Shown: positions 13,564 through 27,937 of the stretch, one piece after another
Layout: each line of letters starts with the position of its first letter
Numbering within the stretch: the stretch's first letter is position 1
DNA from: Octopus sinensis
Lineage: Eukaryota
DNA length: 64,000 nucleotides
Assembly (NCBI RefSeq): GCF_006345805.1
Contig: NC_043015.1
Span: forward strand, 50,592,001 to 50,656,000
Direction: 5' to 3'
The notes under the pieces: generated by a model
What the model was told of the DNA's origin: nothing
What the model saw: only the letters and a program-made list of their open reading frames with translations
The model's database searches: none
Position numbers and translations under genes: made by a program

Positions 13564-13969
13564 GTTACTCTTTTACTTGTTTCAGTCATTTGACTGTGGC
13601 CATGCTGGAGCACCACCTTTAGTCAAGCAAATGAACCCCAGGACTTATTCTTTGTAAAGCCAAGTACTTATTCTATCACTCTCTTTTGCTGAACTGCTAA
13701 GTTACAGGGACGTAAACACACAAGCATCGGTTGTCAAGTAATTTTGGGGAAACAAACACAGACACACAAACACACACACACACACATATATACATATACA
13801 TATATATGATGGGCTTCTTTCAGTTTCCATCTACCAAATCCACTTACAAGGCTTTGGTCAGCCTGAGACTATAGAAGAAAACACTTGCCCAAGGTGCAAT
13901 GCAGTGGGACCGAACCCATAACCATGTGGTTGGTAAGCAAGCTACTTACCACACAGCCACTCCTACGCC

Positions 13970-13972
<3 letters not shown>
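13564..13972 (-). mobile_element. SINE family A, full length
   Basis: Colinear with the family. Confidence 0.85.
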
Positions 13973-14045
<73 letters not shown>

Positions 14046-14366
14046 ATATATCATCAGCATCATGATCCACTAATGTCCATTTTCAATGCTGGCATGGGTT
14101 GTGCGGTTTGACCAGCACTAGCAAACTGGAGAGCTGTCCCAGGGTCCAGTCTAATTTGGCTAGGTATCTACAGCTGGATGCCCTCCCTATCATCAACCAC
14201 TTTACAGAATCTTGTGGGTGCTTTTTACAGTGCCACATAAAAGACACCCACCAGACACATGCACACACACACACATATACACACAAATACATATACATAC
14301 ACATATACAAATACACAGACATATATACATACATATATACATACACACAAACACATACACACAAAT

Positions 14367-14406
<40 letters not shown>

Positions 14407-15004
14407 AAATGACGAATCTCACTGATGATCTGTGAATTAATTATGTAAGTAAACTTGCATAATTTATTAACAGTGAAACAATTGTTATTATTCATTTGTC
14501 CTGCTCGCTTACGTTCATAGTGTGCTAAATTTTTCTTGAGAACAATTCTTAGTGGTTGAGACCCTTGCGGATCTATCTTTAGCGTAAGAGCATCCACTTA
14601 GTGGATTTTCTCTCATATTTGTGTGTGTATATATATATATATATATCGTGGCCGATGCCAGCAATCCGACTCGTGGCCGATGCCAGCACCGCCTCGACTG
14701 GCTTCTGTGCCGGTGGCACATAAAATACACCAATCTGACCGTGGCCGTTGCCAGCCCCGCCTGGCACCTGTGCAGGTGGCACGTAAAAAGCACCCACTAC
14801 ACTCACGGAGTGGTTGGCGTTAGGAAGGGCATCCAGCTGTAGAAACATTGCCAAATTAGACTGGAGCCTGGTGCAGCCTTCTGGCTTCCCAGAACCCCGG
14901 TCGAACCGTCCAACCCATGCTAGCATGGAGAACGGACGTTAAACGACGATGATGATGATGATGATATATATATATAGCTATAGATATAGATATATATTAT
15001 AATA

Positions 15005-15224
15005 CATGAGCATGTGCTGAAAAGCTCTTGGGTTTGTGTAACAGAAAATACAGGAGGATCAGTTAATTATGATCTTATCCAACATATTCCCCTCTCAGAT
15101 TCACACATTTATTGCAGCAGTCCTTCAGTTTTTCTGAGCCCTGTAAAAGAACTCAGAAGGTTAGACCTCCAACCAGGCCTTTCATGATACCCTTAGAGCC
15201 AGGAACTTTTCAACACCCCTCATA
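15005..15224. mobile_element. Tc1/mariner-type MITE
   Basis: Left end atgagcatgtgctgaaaagctcttgg and right end ccaggaacttttcaacacccctcat are inverted and TA-flanked. Confidence 0.65.
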
Positions 15225-15286
15225 ATACATACATACATGTATACATACATACATGCATATATATATCTATATATATATAGAGAGAG

Positions 15287-15363
<77 letters not shown>

Positions 15364-15941
15364 TAGATATATATATATATATACAAACACATGTGCATGC
15401 ACATATATTCACATGTATATGTATATATATAAATACACACCAACATACATACATGTATGTACATGTGTGTATATATGTGTGTGCGTATATAAATATATAA
15501 CCTGAAGGAATCAACTTTTCATTTTAATCTTGCAAGATTCCTGAGACACTGCAAAAATATCATCACATTACTTTTCATATGGCATACATATATAAGGATG
15601 CTTAAGAACGAGAAGGGGGGGGGGATAGAAGCGGGGAAGACAGAAGCAAGGAAGATAGAGGAGGAAAGAGAGGAAAGAGAGGGAAGAGAAAAAGAGAGAA
15701 GAATCTCCATAACTCTATGAGTTACACTGTTTGCAGGATTTCATATATTTCATCTGATTGGCAAGGTTTCAACTCCTTTGTGTGTGCACGTGTGTCTGCA
15801 TCTTTGCACATGTGCGTACGTGCTCACATGCATGTTTATAATGTGCAAGCAGCGATGCTGTCAGTTCACCTGTCGACAGATCACTCCTGCTGTTCACACC
15901 TTTGTGGAATAACCGATCCCTTATTTGAAAAAAAAAAACGG

Positions 15942-16191
15942 TTACAGGTAAATGCTCTTCCTTTCACTAACTGTTAGTCTTTTTCACAGAACCACTTTAG
16001 TTATGGGGACATAAACACACCGACACCGGTTTTCAAATGGTAGTGGAGGACAAAGAAAAGCATAAAAAGACACACACATAGAAAAAGACACACCATTCTG
16101 AAAACCGGTATCGGTGTGTTTATGTCCCCATAACTAAGTGGTTCAGTGAAAAAGACTAACAGTTAGTGAAAGGAAGAGCATTTAACTGTAA
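15942..16191. repeat. Inverted duplication with ~100-bp arms and a ~50-bp spacer
   Basis: 15942-16041 is the near-exact reverse complement of 16092-16191. Confidence 0.92.
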
Positions 16192-16608
16192 AACAAATGC
16201 TGCAATAATGCATTCATCTAACCCATGCTAGCATAGCAAAACAGATATAAAATACAACGAATTTCCTAACCATATGGTTCTGGGTTCAGTCCTACTGATA
16301 TATGCATATGTGTGTGTGTGTGTGTGTATATATATGTATATGTATGTGTGTGTGTGTGTGTGTGTATATGTATGTATGCGAGGTCATTGCCAGTACCGCC
16401 TGAATGGCCCTCATGCCAATGGCACATAAAAGCACCCACTACACTCTCGGAGTGGTTGGCATTAGGAAGGGCATCCAGCTGTAGAAACTCCGCCAGATCA
16501 GATTGGAGACTGGTGCAACCATCTGGTTCGCCAGTCCTCAGTCAAATCGTCCAACCCATGCCAGCATCGAAAGCGGATATTAAACAATGATAATGATGCT
16601 GATGATGA

Positions 16609-16648
<40 letters not shown>

Positions 16649-16651
<3 letters not shown>

Positions 16652-17250
16652 TATTACTTGTTTCAGTCATTAGACTGTGGCCATGCTGGAACACCGCCTT
16701 GAATTTTTAGTCAAATTAATTAACCCCAGTATTTATTCTGTTGTTCTCTTTTGCTGAACCACTAAGTTACAGGGATATTAACGCACCAACTCCAGTAATC
16801 AAGTGGGGGGGGGCGAACACAGAAGACACATGCACACATATATACATACGATGAGCTTCTTTCAGTTTCCATCTACCAAATCCACTCACAAGGCTTTGGT
16901 TGGCCTGAGGCTATTATAGTAGAAGACATTTGCCCAAGGTGCCACACAGTGGGATCGAACCCAGAACCATGTGGTTGGGAAGCAAGCTTCTTACCACACA
17001 ACCACGTCTGCAGTATATCTATGTGTGTGTCTTTATGCTTCTCTTTGTCATCCACCACCAATTGAAAACCGGTGTCAGTGTGTTTATGTCCCCATAACTA
17101 AGTGGTTCAGTGAAAAAGATAACAAATTAAGTAACAGGTTTAAAAATGTAAGAACTGGGGTCAGTTCATTTGACTAAAAATTCTTCAGGATTGTGCCCCA
17201 GCATAGCCACAGTCAAATGACTAAAACAAGTGAAACTATAAAAATAAAAT
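16649..17250. mobile_element. Two family A SINEs: minus copy 16649-17012 and plus 3' half 17020-17250
   Basis: Opposite-orientation matches to the family. Confidence 0.75.
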
Positions 17251-18224
17251 ATGTATAAAATATTTTTTTGTTATTATTTATTAATATTTCAGAGTTTCTT
17301 TGGATTTTTTTTTTGTTTTTTTTCTTTAATAGCTATTTTTTTTCTTTAATAGCTATTTTCCAAACAAATTAATGAGAGTTATTCTTTTCTATCAACAAAC
17401 TATAGAATTTCAGTTTCATGTTCAGGAGAACTAGTTGTCATGAGAGCAGAAGCAGGTTCAATCCCTAGCAACAGCAGGTGATGTTTCATTTTTTTTTTTA
17501 TTATTGATCTATTAATCTCTGTTGATCAGATTGATCTAAATCTAAGACATCACAGAGAGAAAGGAAGAGCGAGAAAGAGAGAGAGTGCAGGGAAGAGATT
17601 GATAGAGAGAGAGAGAGAGAGACATAAACAGATAGATGGAGAGACAGATAAGTAGACAAACAGACAGAAAAAGAGAGAAATCAAATCGAATTACTTCAGT
17701 GACTCAGATACTTAGTGAGGTGTATGTGTGTGTGTATTGTGTGTGTGGTGTGTGTGTGTGTGTGTGTGGTGTGTGGTGATTCTTTCATCTGATCTTTGTA
17801 CCTACTAAACAACTGCTGCTAGGAGATTCCAACTGATATTGGATCCAAAATATGAGCAATTCTAACAATAAGCTTATGTTACAACTAACATATAAGAACA
17901 TTTGAATCTACGGGAACACATGATAAGTGAATGAATAGAATTTCAATCGATAAATAGCATGGTTTATACCAGAGATTGCAGAAGGGCAATTTTGATGTAC
18001 TAGAAACCTGGCCGAGCAAATTTAATGTAAATATAACACAACATGCTCGTCTCAATTCAGCCTTGGAACTTCAAAAACATGAATCTGTGATTCCAGTCAG
18101 GCATGAAAAGTAATTAATGCTATTCTCATCATTACTGGAAATGCAACAAATGAATCACAAAAGTAATAGAAAAATGGTTTGGTTTATGGGGTACTGTTTT
18201 ATCTGTGTGTGTATATACAAGAGA

Positions 18225-18259
18225 GAGAGAGACAGAGAAAGAGATAAAGAGATAAAGAA

Positions 18260-18319
<60 letters not shown>

Positions 18320-18559
18320 ATGGATGGATAGATAGATAGATAGACAGACAGACATTTAGATAGACAGACAGAGAAAGAGAGAGAGACAGAGAGAGATAAA
18401 GAGACAGATAGATAGATAGATAGACAGAGAAAGAGAGAGAGAGACAGAGAGAGATAAAGAGACAGATAGATAGATAGATAGATAGATAGACAGAGAAAGA
18501 GATAGATATACAGACAGAGAGAGACAAAGAGATAGATAGATAGACAGAGAGAGAGAAAG

Positions 18560-18613
<54 letters not shown>

Positions 18614-18875
18614 ATGGATGGATAGATAGATAGATAGACAGACAGACATTTAGATAGACAGACAGAGAAAGAGAGAGAGACAGAGAGAGATAAAGAGACA
18701 GATAGATAGATAGATAGACAGAGAAAGAGAGAGAGAGACAGAGAGAGATAAAGAGACAGATAGATAGATAGATAGATAGATAGACAGAGAAAGAGATAGA
18801 TATACAGACAGAGAGAGACAAAGAGATAGATAGATAGACAGAGAGAGAGAAAGAGATAGATAGATAGGTAGAAAG
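18225..18875. repeat. Compound (GATA/GACA/GA) microsatellite containing an exact ~294-bp duplicated block
   Basis: The landmark aaatggatggatagatagatagatagacagacagacatttagatagac occurs at about 18318 and 18612. Confidence 0.85.
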
Positions 18876-18879
18876 GGAG

Positions 18880-19558
18880 AGAGGTGAAGTGTTTTTGAGA
18901 GAGTGTATGAGTAACTGTTTGCATTTTTGCACGTGTATGTGCATGTTTGAATACATGTGTGTGTGTGTGTGTGTGCATGCACATGTTGGAGAGTACGTGT
19001 GTTTGAGAGTGTACAAGTTTCAGTGTGTGCATGGTTGAACGTGTTTGAGAGTGTGTTTGATGATGCATGTGTGTCGGAGAGTGCGCATGGGGTTTAAGAG
19101 TGCATGCCTGTCTGAGGGTGCGTGCATATTTGGGTGGGTGCATGTGTGTATTTGAGAGTGCATGCGTGTTTGAGAGTGCATGTGTGTTTGAGAATACATA
19201 CATGTTTGAGAGAGTCTGTGCACATTCTCAAATGTGCGCATGTTTGAGAATGTGTGTGCATATTGCGTATGCGCATATGTGAGTGTTTGAGAGTGTGTGC
19301 ATGTCTGAGTATGCACATAAGTGCTAGAGTGTGTTTGAGTGTGTGTGTGTGTGTGTGTGTGTGTGCACATGTGTATTTGAGAGTATGCATATGTTTGAGT
19401 ATGTGTGTGTGTATGTGTGTATGTTTCCATATGTGTGTAGGTGTGTCTCTGCATCTGCATGCACATTTATGTCAGCATATGCACACAAGTATTTGAGTGT
19501 GTGTGTGTGCACACGTGTATTTGAGAGTGTGCATATGTTTGGGCATGTGTCTATGTGA

Positions 19559-19590
<32 letters not shown>

Positions 19591-20020
19591 GTGTTTCCAT
19601 ATGTGTGTAGGTGTCTCTCTGCATCCGCATGCACATTTGTGTCAGCATATGCATGCGTGTATTTGTACATGTGCGTGTGAGCATCCGTGTATATTCGCAC
19701 TTATGTGTGTGCATCTGTGCGTATATCATCCGAAATGTTAAATTCCGTATATGAATCACTATTAGCGTTGGTTGCCAAGCACTAAGTTCTTCATTCACTT
19801 TAAATGACTTGCTGCTGTTAAAACACTTAATGAAATAGCAAACACTTATAGTTTTAGAAATCAACCAAGTTATTTGAATATCTCCTTTTAAAAATCCAAA
19901 AACTCCATTCAAATTCTAACAAATTATACATTTTATTTAGAATGTACACATGCCACGCACAACGCTCATTGCATATATATGTATGTATGTATGTATTTAT
20001 GTGTGTATGTGTATGTATAC

Positions 20021-20065
<45 letters not shown>

Positions 20066-20158
20066 ATATGTATACATACAGACCACATAGAGATGCATGC
20101 ATACATACACATGCCCACATATATATATATATACATACACACACATAAACATACATGC

Positions 20159-20204
<46 letters not shown>

Positions 20205-20234
20205 TAAACATATACATACATGCATATACATATA

Positions 20235-20311
<77 letters not shown>

Positions 20312-20397
20312 CATACACATAAATGCATATCTATACATACATATATACAGACGCACATACACACATGTATATATATATGAATGTACACACACACATA

Positions 20398-20447
<50 letters not shown>

Positions 20448-20461
20448 TAATAATAATAATG

Positions 20462-20492
<31 letters not shown>

Positions 20493-20500
20493 TAATAACA
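18880..20500. repeat. (GT/CA)-rich degenerate tract 18880-19720, (TA)n 19975-20400, (AAT)n 20398-20500
   Basis: Directly visible. Confidence 0.95.
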
Positions 20501-21587
20501 ATAGAGAAAAAGAGAGACAGCAATAAAGGAAATGCTTATTGTTTTCCGTGGAATTTTCTGATAAATATAAAGTAATATATGAGTTAATAAGAAAAGGTTC
20601 AAAGCAACAAGTCTCCTAACTGTCGAGACATCAGCAGGCAAGCTTACCAATTCCATAATGGCATCACTTAATACCTTTAAAATAAAAATAATGTGGTGGA
20701 GCGGGGGGGGGGGGAAATTAATAGAAGAATATATATATATATGTTTGTGATTGTCTTTTGTCGTCTAGTTTTTGTTTTAACCGCCTTCGCTCTTTCCGTC
20801 ATCAATTTTTGGAATCAGCCAAATTGTTTTTCTTTTTTTTACCATTTTTCATTTCACAATGCCAATATTTTCATTCCATTTAAAGAAAAGTAGATGGAAT
20901 TCTCTTTTAATTATCCATCATTTATTTCATTTTCCTCCAAGATTTTGTGTGGCGTTTGTATGTGTGTGTGTGTGTTTGTGTGAGTGTGTGTGTGTGTGTG
21001 TGTATGTGTGTGTGTGTGTGCGCGTATGCAACAAGAGTTGGTTAATCTTAGAAACAGCCTTTCAAAGTTAATTCTACAAGAATAAAATTAGGATCTAATG
21101 GTTGCCTTAATTATTCAACGTTACTGAAGATGCTTCCTGTTGCAACAGTACATTTACATACATAAACATATGAAAGAGAATTCTGGGCTTATATAATTAT
21201 CAGTATTATAATTAGTGACAAAATCGTTAGCATGCTGGGCGAAATGCTTAGTGGCATTTCATCTGCTGCTACATTCTGAGTTCAAATTCTGCCAAGGTCG
21301 ACTTTGCCTTTCATCCTTTTGAGGTTGATAAATTCAATACCAGTTGTGTACTGGGGTCAATCTAATCAACAGGCTGTCTTCCTCAAAATTTCAGGCCTTG
21401 TGCTTATAACAGAAAGGATTATTATTATTATTATTATTATTTAGGCATCATGCTGGCAGAATCGTGAACACGCTGGACGAAATACTAAGTGGTATTTCGC
21501 TCATCTGAGATCAAATCCTGCCAAGGTTGACTTTGCCTTTCAGCCTTCCACCTGAAATTGCAGGCCTTGTGCCTATGATAAAAAGGA

Positions 21588-21925
21588 TTATTACCTGCAC
21601 CTTAGCGAAGGCGGAGGTATTGTTTACAGTCGTGTTTGTTTGTTTGTCCGTAGAAAGATATCTCAAGCTGGATAGATTTAGATGAAACTTTCAGAGATGT
21701 TTAGCTTCATGACTGGCGCAAACTGATTAGAATTTGGGAGTGATCCGGTACCTGACAAAGATTCTGGATTATTTTTCCTCTTTTTTTTTTACTTAATTTA
21801 TAAAAACGGTTGAGTTCATTTTTAGTATTCTCGTTTGTGAGAGCAGTCGAGTTTATTTCAGATATTCTCATTTTAAAAATCATCTCTGGCTAATTGTTGA
21901 GAGGACTTTGGTGTCTTCTTCTTCC
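21588..21925 (+). mobile_element. Helentron-type non-autonomous element (HINE-like)
   Basis: Terminal hairpin acctgcacctt-agcg-aaggcggaggt and (gttt)n; inverted homolog at 25281-25649. Confidence 0.65.
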
Positions 21926-22990
21926 AACAGGACTCATGCCATTAGCCACAAAGAATAATCTCTAATTCGAGCCTACTCTAAGCTACTAAAAATGCGTGTG
22001 GCATGCGATAGACTATGACAACAGGCACGAGCATGGCAGTATGCTTAAAGAATCATTTTTCTAAGTTCAGTCCCACTGTTTGGCACCTTAAGCAAATGTC
22101 TTCTACTATAACTCCAAGAACACAATCTGGAACAGAACCCGCTCAACCAAAACAAAAAAAAAATCATAAGCCTTAAATGGAAATGGTTGAATTACCTGGG
22201 AACCAGATTAGGGAGAACAAAATTGGTAATCAAAAATAAAAAAAGGAGCACATTTCCAAGGGCATATATTCTGGGTGTGGCAGGTGTGCATTGCAGACCC
22301 ATCAAAAATGGCAAATTCATTATAAGTATTAACCTTACTCATTAATTTAAACACAAATCTTAATGGAAAACTTTTGTTACACCCCTGCTTGAAATTTTTT
22401 GGCACTGGGTGTGGCAACACACCAACTACAACAACCACCATGTGCCACAGATCAGCTCCCCACCAGTGGATACTCTGTGTTACTGTGACGCAGATTCCAC
22501 AATTTGTGGAAGAATTTTTTTGCAATGCCCTCTGACAACAATTATCTATTTCTGCTGACCTTCTTTTATATAATGAAAAAGGTAAGGAAATTTATTCAGC
22601 TTGGGCAGAACAAGATTTCGTTCACCATAAAATGAAACCGATAAGAAGTTATTTCTTCTTCTAAAGGAAAATTAATCTACAGAACACCATTCTAAAGGAT
22701 TCTCTTTGGTATTAGTTTCTAGGGAATAGAGTAATGGAGCTCCGATTGTTGGTGGCCATACTATTATTTAGGAACATCAAAGGGAAAATTCCCTACTTTA
22801 TTTCTGCAACCATGCTAGAGCAATGTTAAGATTGATAGGTGACAAAAGCCTGTGTCAAAACACTTGTTGCCTTGTCATTTTTTCGTTTTTCATACCTGAC
22901 TGATTGGTGTACAGGTAGCTACCTGCCATCACATATCATCTTCTGGCTTACAGACATGATGACTCCTAACTCTGCCTTTCCTTATATATG

Positions 22991-23023
<33 letters not shown>

Positions 23024-23256
23024 TTAAGTAGTTGAATGAATTATCCTAGTATGGATAATTCGGTTAACCGATAACCGGGTAGCAAATTTACGTCAGAAAG
23101 CACGGTTGAAGCTACATGCCAAGGGCAGAAATCACGTACTTTCGTGTGGAAATTTGTGTGTTTTTTTACTATAGATAAATGAAAGAATGGAGTCAAACAA
23201 CGATTTAACGATTTAAAGGAATTTTGTTAAATCGTCATTCGACTCCATTCTTTCAT

Positions 23257-23306
<50 letters not shown>

Positions 23307-23433
23307 CTCTCTATATATATATATATATGAATTTAAATTAAGGGTAAAAAATTGAATATTTGATTAATATCAATTTAAAACCAGTGGTCTAGCATATTAA
23401 AATCTGAACATTCAGAAAATTATATTACATACA

Positions 23434-23603
23434 TATAAAAGGATTGACCACTATGTGGACAACCCTAATGCTAGAAGTAGATCTGTTATGGTGTTACCAC
23501 TATGAAAGGAATTTTCTTGAGAACATTCCTTTCATAGTGGTAAGACCATAATGGATCTACTTCTAGCATCAGGGTTGTCCACGTAGTGGTCATCCCTCTT
23601 ATA
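23434..23603. repeat. 170-bp imperfect palindrome between (TA)n tracts; single-arm relatives at 14528-14618 and 27970-28063
   Basis: Arms pair across the loop tttcttgagaac, which is retained in both single-arm copies. Confidence 0.85.
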
Positions 23604-23611
23604 GGTATATA

Positions 23612-23653
<42 letters not shown>

Positions 23654-23778
23654 AAAATTCTATAATTATAAACATAATTATAATTAGGTTTCAACAAATT
23701 GCTTCACCACATACTGAAATTTAGAAATAGCAGTTAAATGCTATTCCTCTACCATAAGATATCTCCCAGGCAGCTATA

Positions 23779-23830
<52 letters not shown>

Positions 23831-24196
23831 TTCAACACGCAACTGTGTTCAAAATTTATCTTTCTCGTTACATCTTTTTATGTATATTCATCTTAGTTTC
23901 TTGCAGTAACTTTGCAACAATAAAGTTCCTAAATCTATATTCAACATTTCCAGACCTGTACAACATCATTTTAAAGAATGGAAATAAATTTGACGTCTGC
24001 AGTGCTTCTTATGTATTGGTCAAATGTTTTGTAGACTTTTCTGTCAAATCTATCTCAATTCTTGAAGGCCTAAAAATATTGTGTATTGATTTAGAAACTT
24101 TATAACTCCAAAGTAACGATGAGGAACTGACATGAAACTAAGAAAAATCTATAATCAAAAAAGCTAAAACCAGAACGAATATATAAATATATATGT

Positions 24197-24233
<37 letters not shown>

Positions 24234-24386
24234 GCTGTGTGGTAAGAAGCTTGCTTCCCAACCACATGCTTCTGGGTTCAGTCCCACTGTGTAACACCTT
24301 GGGCAAGTGTCTTATACTAAAGTACTATAGCTTCGAGCCAACCAAAGCCTTGTGAGTCGATTTGGTAGATAGAAACTGAAAAACTC

Positions 24387-24860
<474 letters not shown>

Positions 24861-25280
24861 CACAGATCACTTGCAATATATAAAAGTCATCAAGGCTGGC
24901 AAGCTGGTAGAATTGCTAGTACACTGAACAAACTTCTAAGCAGCCTGTCTTCTGGCTTTATGTTCTGAGTTCAAATTCCACCGAGGTTGACTTTGTCTTT
25001 CTTCCATTCAGGGTTGATAAAGTAACTACTAATTGAGCACTCGCAGGTGGTGGTGGGGGGATTGATGTAATCAATCAGCCCCCCTCCCCTAAAACTGCTG
25101 GCCTTGTGCCAAAATGTGGAACCAATATATGATAGTTATTCTAAAACAATATTATATAACATGAAGTAAAACTATATTCCAAATTGTTTAGTTGACAATG
25201 CAAGTATCCTGCAGCAAATCCTGTACCAAAAATTAGACTAATTAAACTGTATTAATAGCACAAAATAAATAAATAAATAA

Positions 25281-25649
25281 ACAAGAACACTCAAAGAGTG
25301 CAAACCTCCACCAAGGCAACACCAATGTCCTCTCAACGATTAGCCAGAGATGATTTTTAAAATGAGAATATCTGAAATAAACTCAACTGCTCTCAAAAAT
25401 GAGAATACTAAAAATGAACCTGACTGCTCTTAAAAATTAAGTAAAAAAAACAAAAAAAATAATCCAGAATCATTGTCCAGTACCGGATCAATCCTAAGAT
25501 CTAATCAGTTCGTGCCAGTCATGAGACCAAAGATTCCTGAAAGTTTTATCTGAATCCATCCAGCAGTTCTTGAGATATCTTGTCCATGGACAAACAAACA
25601 AATATGACTGAAAATAATACCTCAGCCTTCGCTAAGGCGGAGGTAATAA
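25281..25649 (-). mobile_element. Helentron-type non-autonomous element (HINE-like), same family as 21588
   Basis: Hairpin acctcagcctt-cgct-aaggcggaggt, sub-terminal aaacctccaccaagg, colinear reverse-complement match to 21588-21925. Confidence 0.7.
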
Positions 25650-25949
25650 AATTAAAACGCAGATAATGTGCTCTAATAACAAACAAAGACCAATCCTTGA
25701 TTAGTGAAATGAGAATGAAGTCAACAATCAGAACATCAAACCCGGAGATAATTATTCTATTAAGGCATCACCCATACCAATTCTAGTCTTTTACAACACG
25801 GACTAATGTATTATCTGTAACAACTACGTCACTCAAAAGATAAAACTGAATTTCTAGGAAAGTCAAAAAAATCTAGGAATGTTTAAACTCTAAAGAGGCT
25901 ATGCGTTAATAACAGCTAGAAGGAGGTGTTTTTTCCACTCACCAAAGTG

Positions 25950-26232
25950 AATGTAGCTTTGGCCAGATCTGATATCATCAGATGGTATCCAACGTTCATT
26001 GGGTGTTTTGACACTGAACTGTAACAACCTCCCATTGTTGTGTCAGCAGAGGTGGCCAAATCCCTGCTCCTCATCTCCTCCTGGCTTCCAGCTTAATTCC
26101 TCTCTCTTGCTCCGAAGCCTAAAAGAGGCTCTTTCAGCTGTTTCTCCCATTCTGCGCACAGCCACCCTTCGCTTCTTTTCTCTCATTTCAATGGCTGTAA
26201 GCATCCTCCATGCTGACTGGGCTTGGAAGATG
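25950..26232 (-). mobile_element. HERO/NeSL-like RLE non-LTR retrotransposon, C-terminal fragment and 3' UTR
   Basis: Translation FQAQSAWRMLTAIEMREKKRRVAVRRMGETAERASFRLRSKREELSWKPGG matches the remembered HERO-type ending GFPAQS.WR.L..LG..G..R..A.R..GE.AERAS.WLW..REE..W. Confidence 0.75.
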
Positions 26233-27324
26233 TTATTAGAAGATTAATGAGAAATTGTACAAAAATCTTTACTGAATAAAACTAAAAATTTAAGAATCAA
26301 AACGTCTGGCACATTTCATGCCAGATGCACAGGGACAGAAGAGCCTGCAGTCCCAGAGTCAGAATATGTCAGTGATATAGACACAGGCATGGCTATGTGG
26401 TAAGAAGTATGCTTCCCAATTACTTGGGTATATATATATATATATATATATATGCATATGTGTGTGTATCTTTGTGTCTGTGTTTGTCCCTCACCACCAC
26501 TTGTCAACTGGGGTTAGTGTGTTTATGTCCCCCATAACTTAGCAGTTCAGCAAAAGAGACTGATAGAATAAATACCAGTCATTTTAAAGATAAAAAAGGT
26601 TCTGAGTTCAATTTGTTGAACTGAAATTCTTCGGTATGTTGCCCCAGCATGGCCGCAGTCTAATGACTGAAACAAGCGAAAGATAAGCAATAAAAGATTT
26701 GGGAACTGTAATAACAATATTCTTATTTCTTTATTACCCACAAGGGGCTAAACATAGAGGGAACAAACAAGGACAGACAAACGGATTAAGTCCATTACAT
26801 CGAACCCAGTGCAAAACTGGTACTTAATTTATCGATCCCGGAAGGATGAAACGCAAAGTCGACCTCGACGGAATTTGAACTCAGAACGTAACGGCAGACG
26901 AAATACGGCTACGCATTTCACCCGGCGTGCTAACATTTCTGCCAGCTTGCTACCTTAATGTAATAACAATATTGCTAAGATGAAAAGAAAGAACATGCTC
27001 AATGACAGCAAGATGGCTTTCCTCTCAGCAACGCTGCTTATGTATGCGCATATATTTTATAAGCGGCGCACAAAAGGTTTCCCTTCTTTGTGTGTGCACG
27101 CGTCTTGCAAGTAACAATACAAAGGAAAGAGAAACGAAGTGTGTGTGCATGAAGTTTTTCCAACATGAAACAGAGATCTTTTAAGTGAAGAAATTTCGCA
27201 TGGATGCATATGTATTTTGCAAAGGAAGAGAAAATGCACACACGAGCAAATTCCTGCACACACTCATAGCTGAGAAAGAGAAATTAGATGCAACATTATC
27301 TGAGAATATACCTTTTACCTTCTG

Positions 27325-27532
27325 TCTCAGCCATTGAACTGTTGCCATGCTGGAGCACCAGTTTGAAGGGTTTTAGTAGAAAAAAACAAACCCAGTACTT
27401 ATGCTTTTAAATCTGGTCCTTATTCTATCACTCGCTTTTGCTGAACTGCTTAGTTGTGGGGGCTGTAAACAAACCAGCACTGGCTGTTAAGTGATGGTGG
27501 GCGACAAACACAAACACACACACACATACACA

Positions 27533-27571
<39 letters not shown>

Positions 27572-27790
27572 ACAAACACACACACCACACACACACACAC
27601 ACACACATATACACTCACACATGACCAGCTTTCACACAGAGTCCATCTACCAAATTTGCTCACAAGGTATTGGTTGGTGCAAGATTACATTAGAAGATAC
27701 TTGTCTAAGGTGCTGCATCGTGGAAGTGAACCAGAAACCATGAGGTTACAGATAGAGCTTCTTAATCACATGGCCATGCCTGCACCTGTA
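27325..27790 (-). mobile_element. SINE family A, diverged, with expanded (CA)n
   Basis: Colinear with the family. Confidence 0.7.
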
Positions 27791-27901
27791 CATATATACT
27801 ATATACATACATACACATATGTACATATACTTATATATATACACATTCATACACACTCACACATATGTGTATGCATATATGTACATACACATATACATAC
27901 A

Positions 27902-27937
<36 letters not shown>

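Noticed and set aside
25975-26025. AAAAC...CTGATGA arrangement in the HERO-like 3' UTR as a possible hammerhead
   Set aside because: The stem register does not place GAAA next to helix III and there is no room for helix I.
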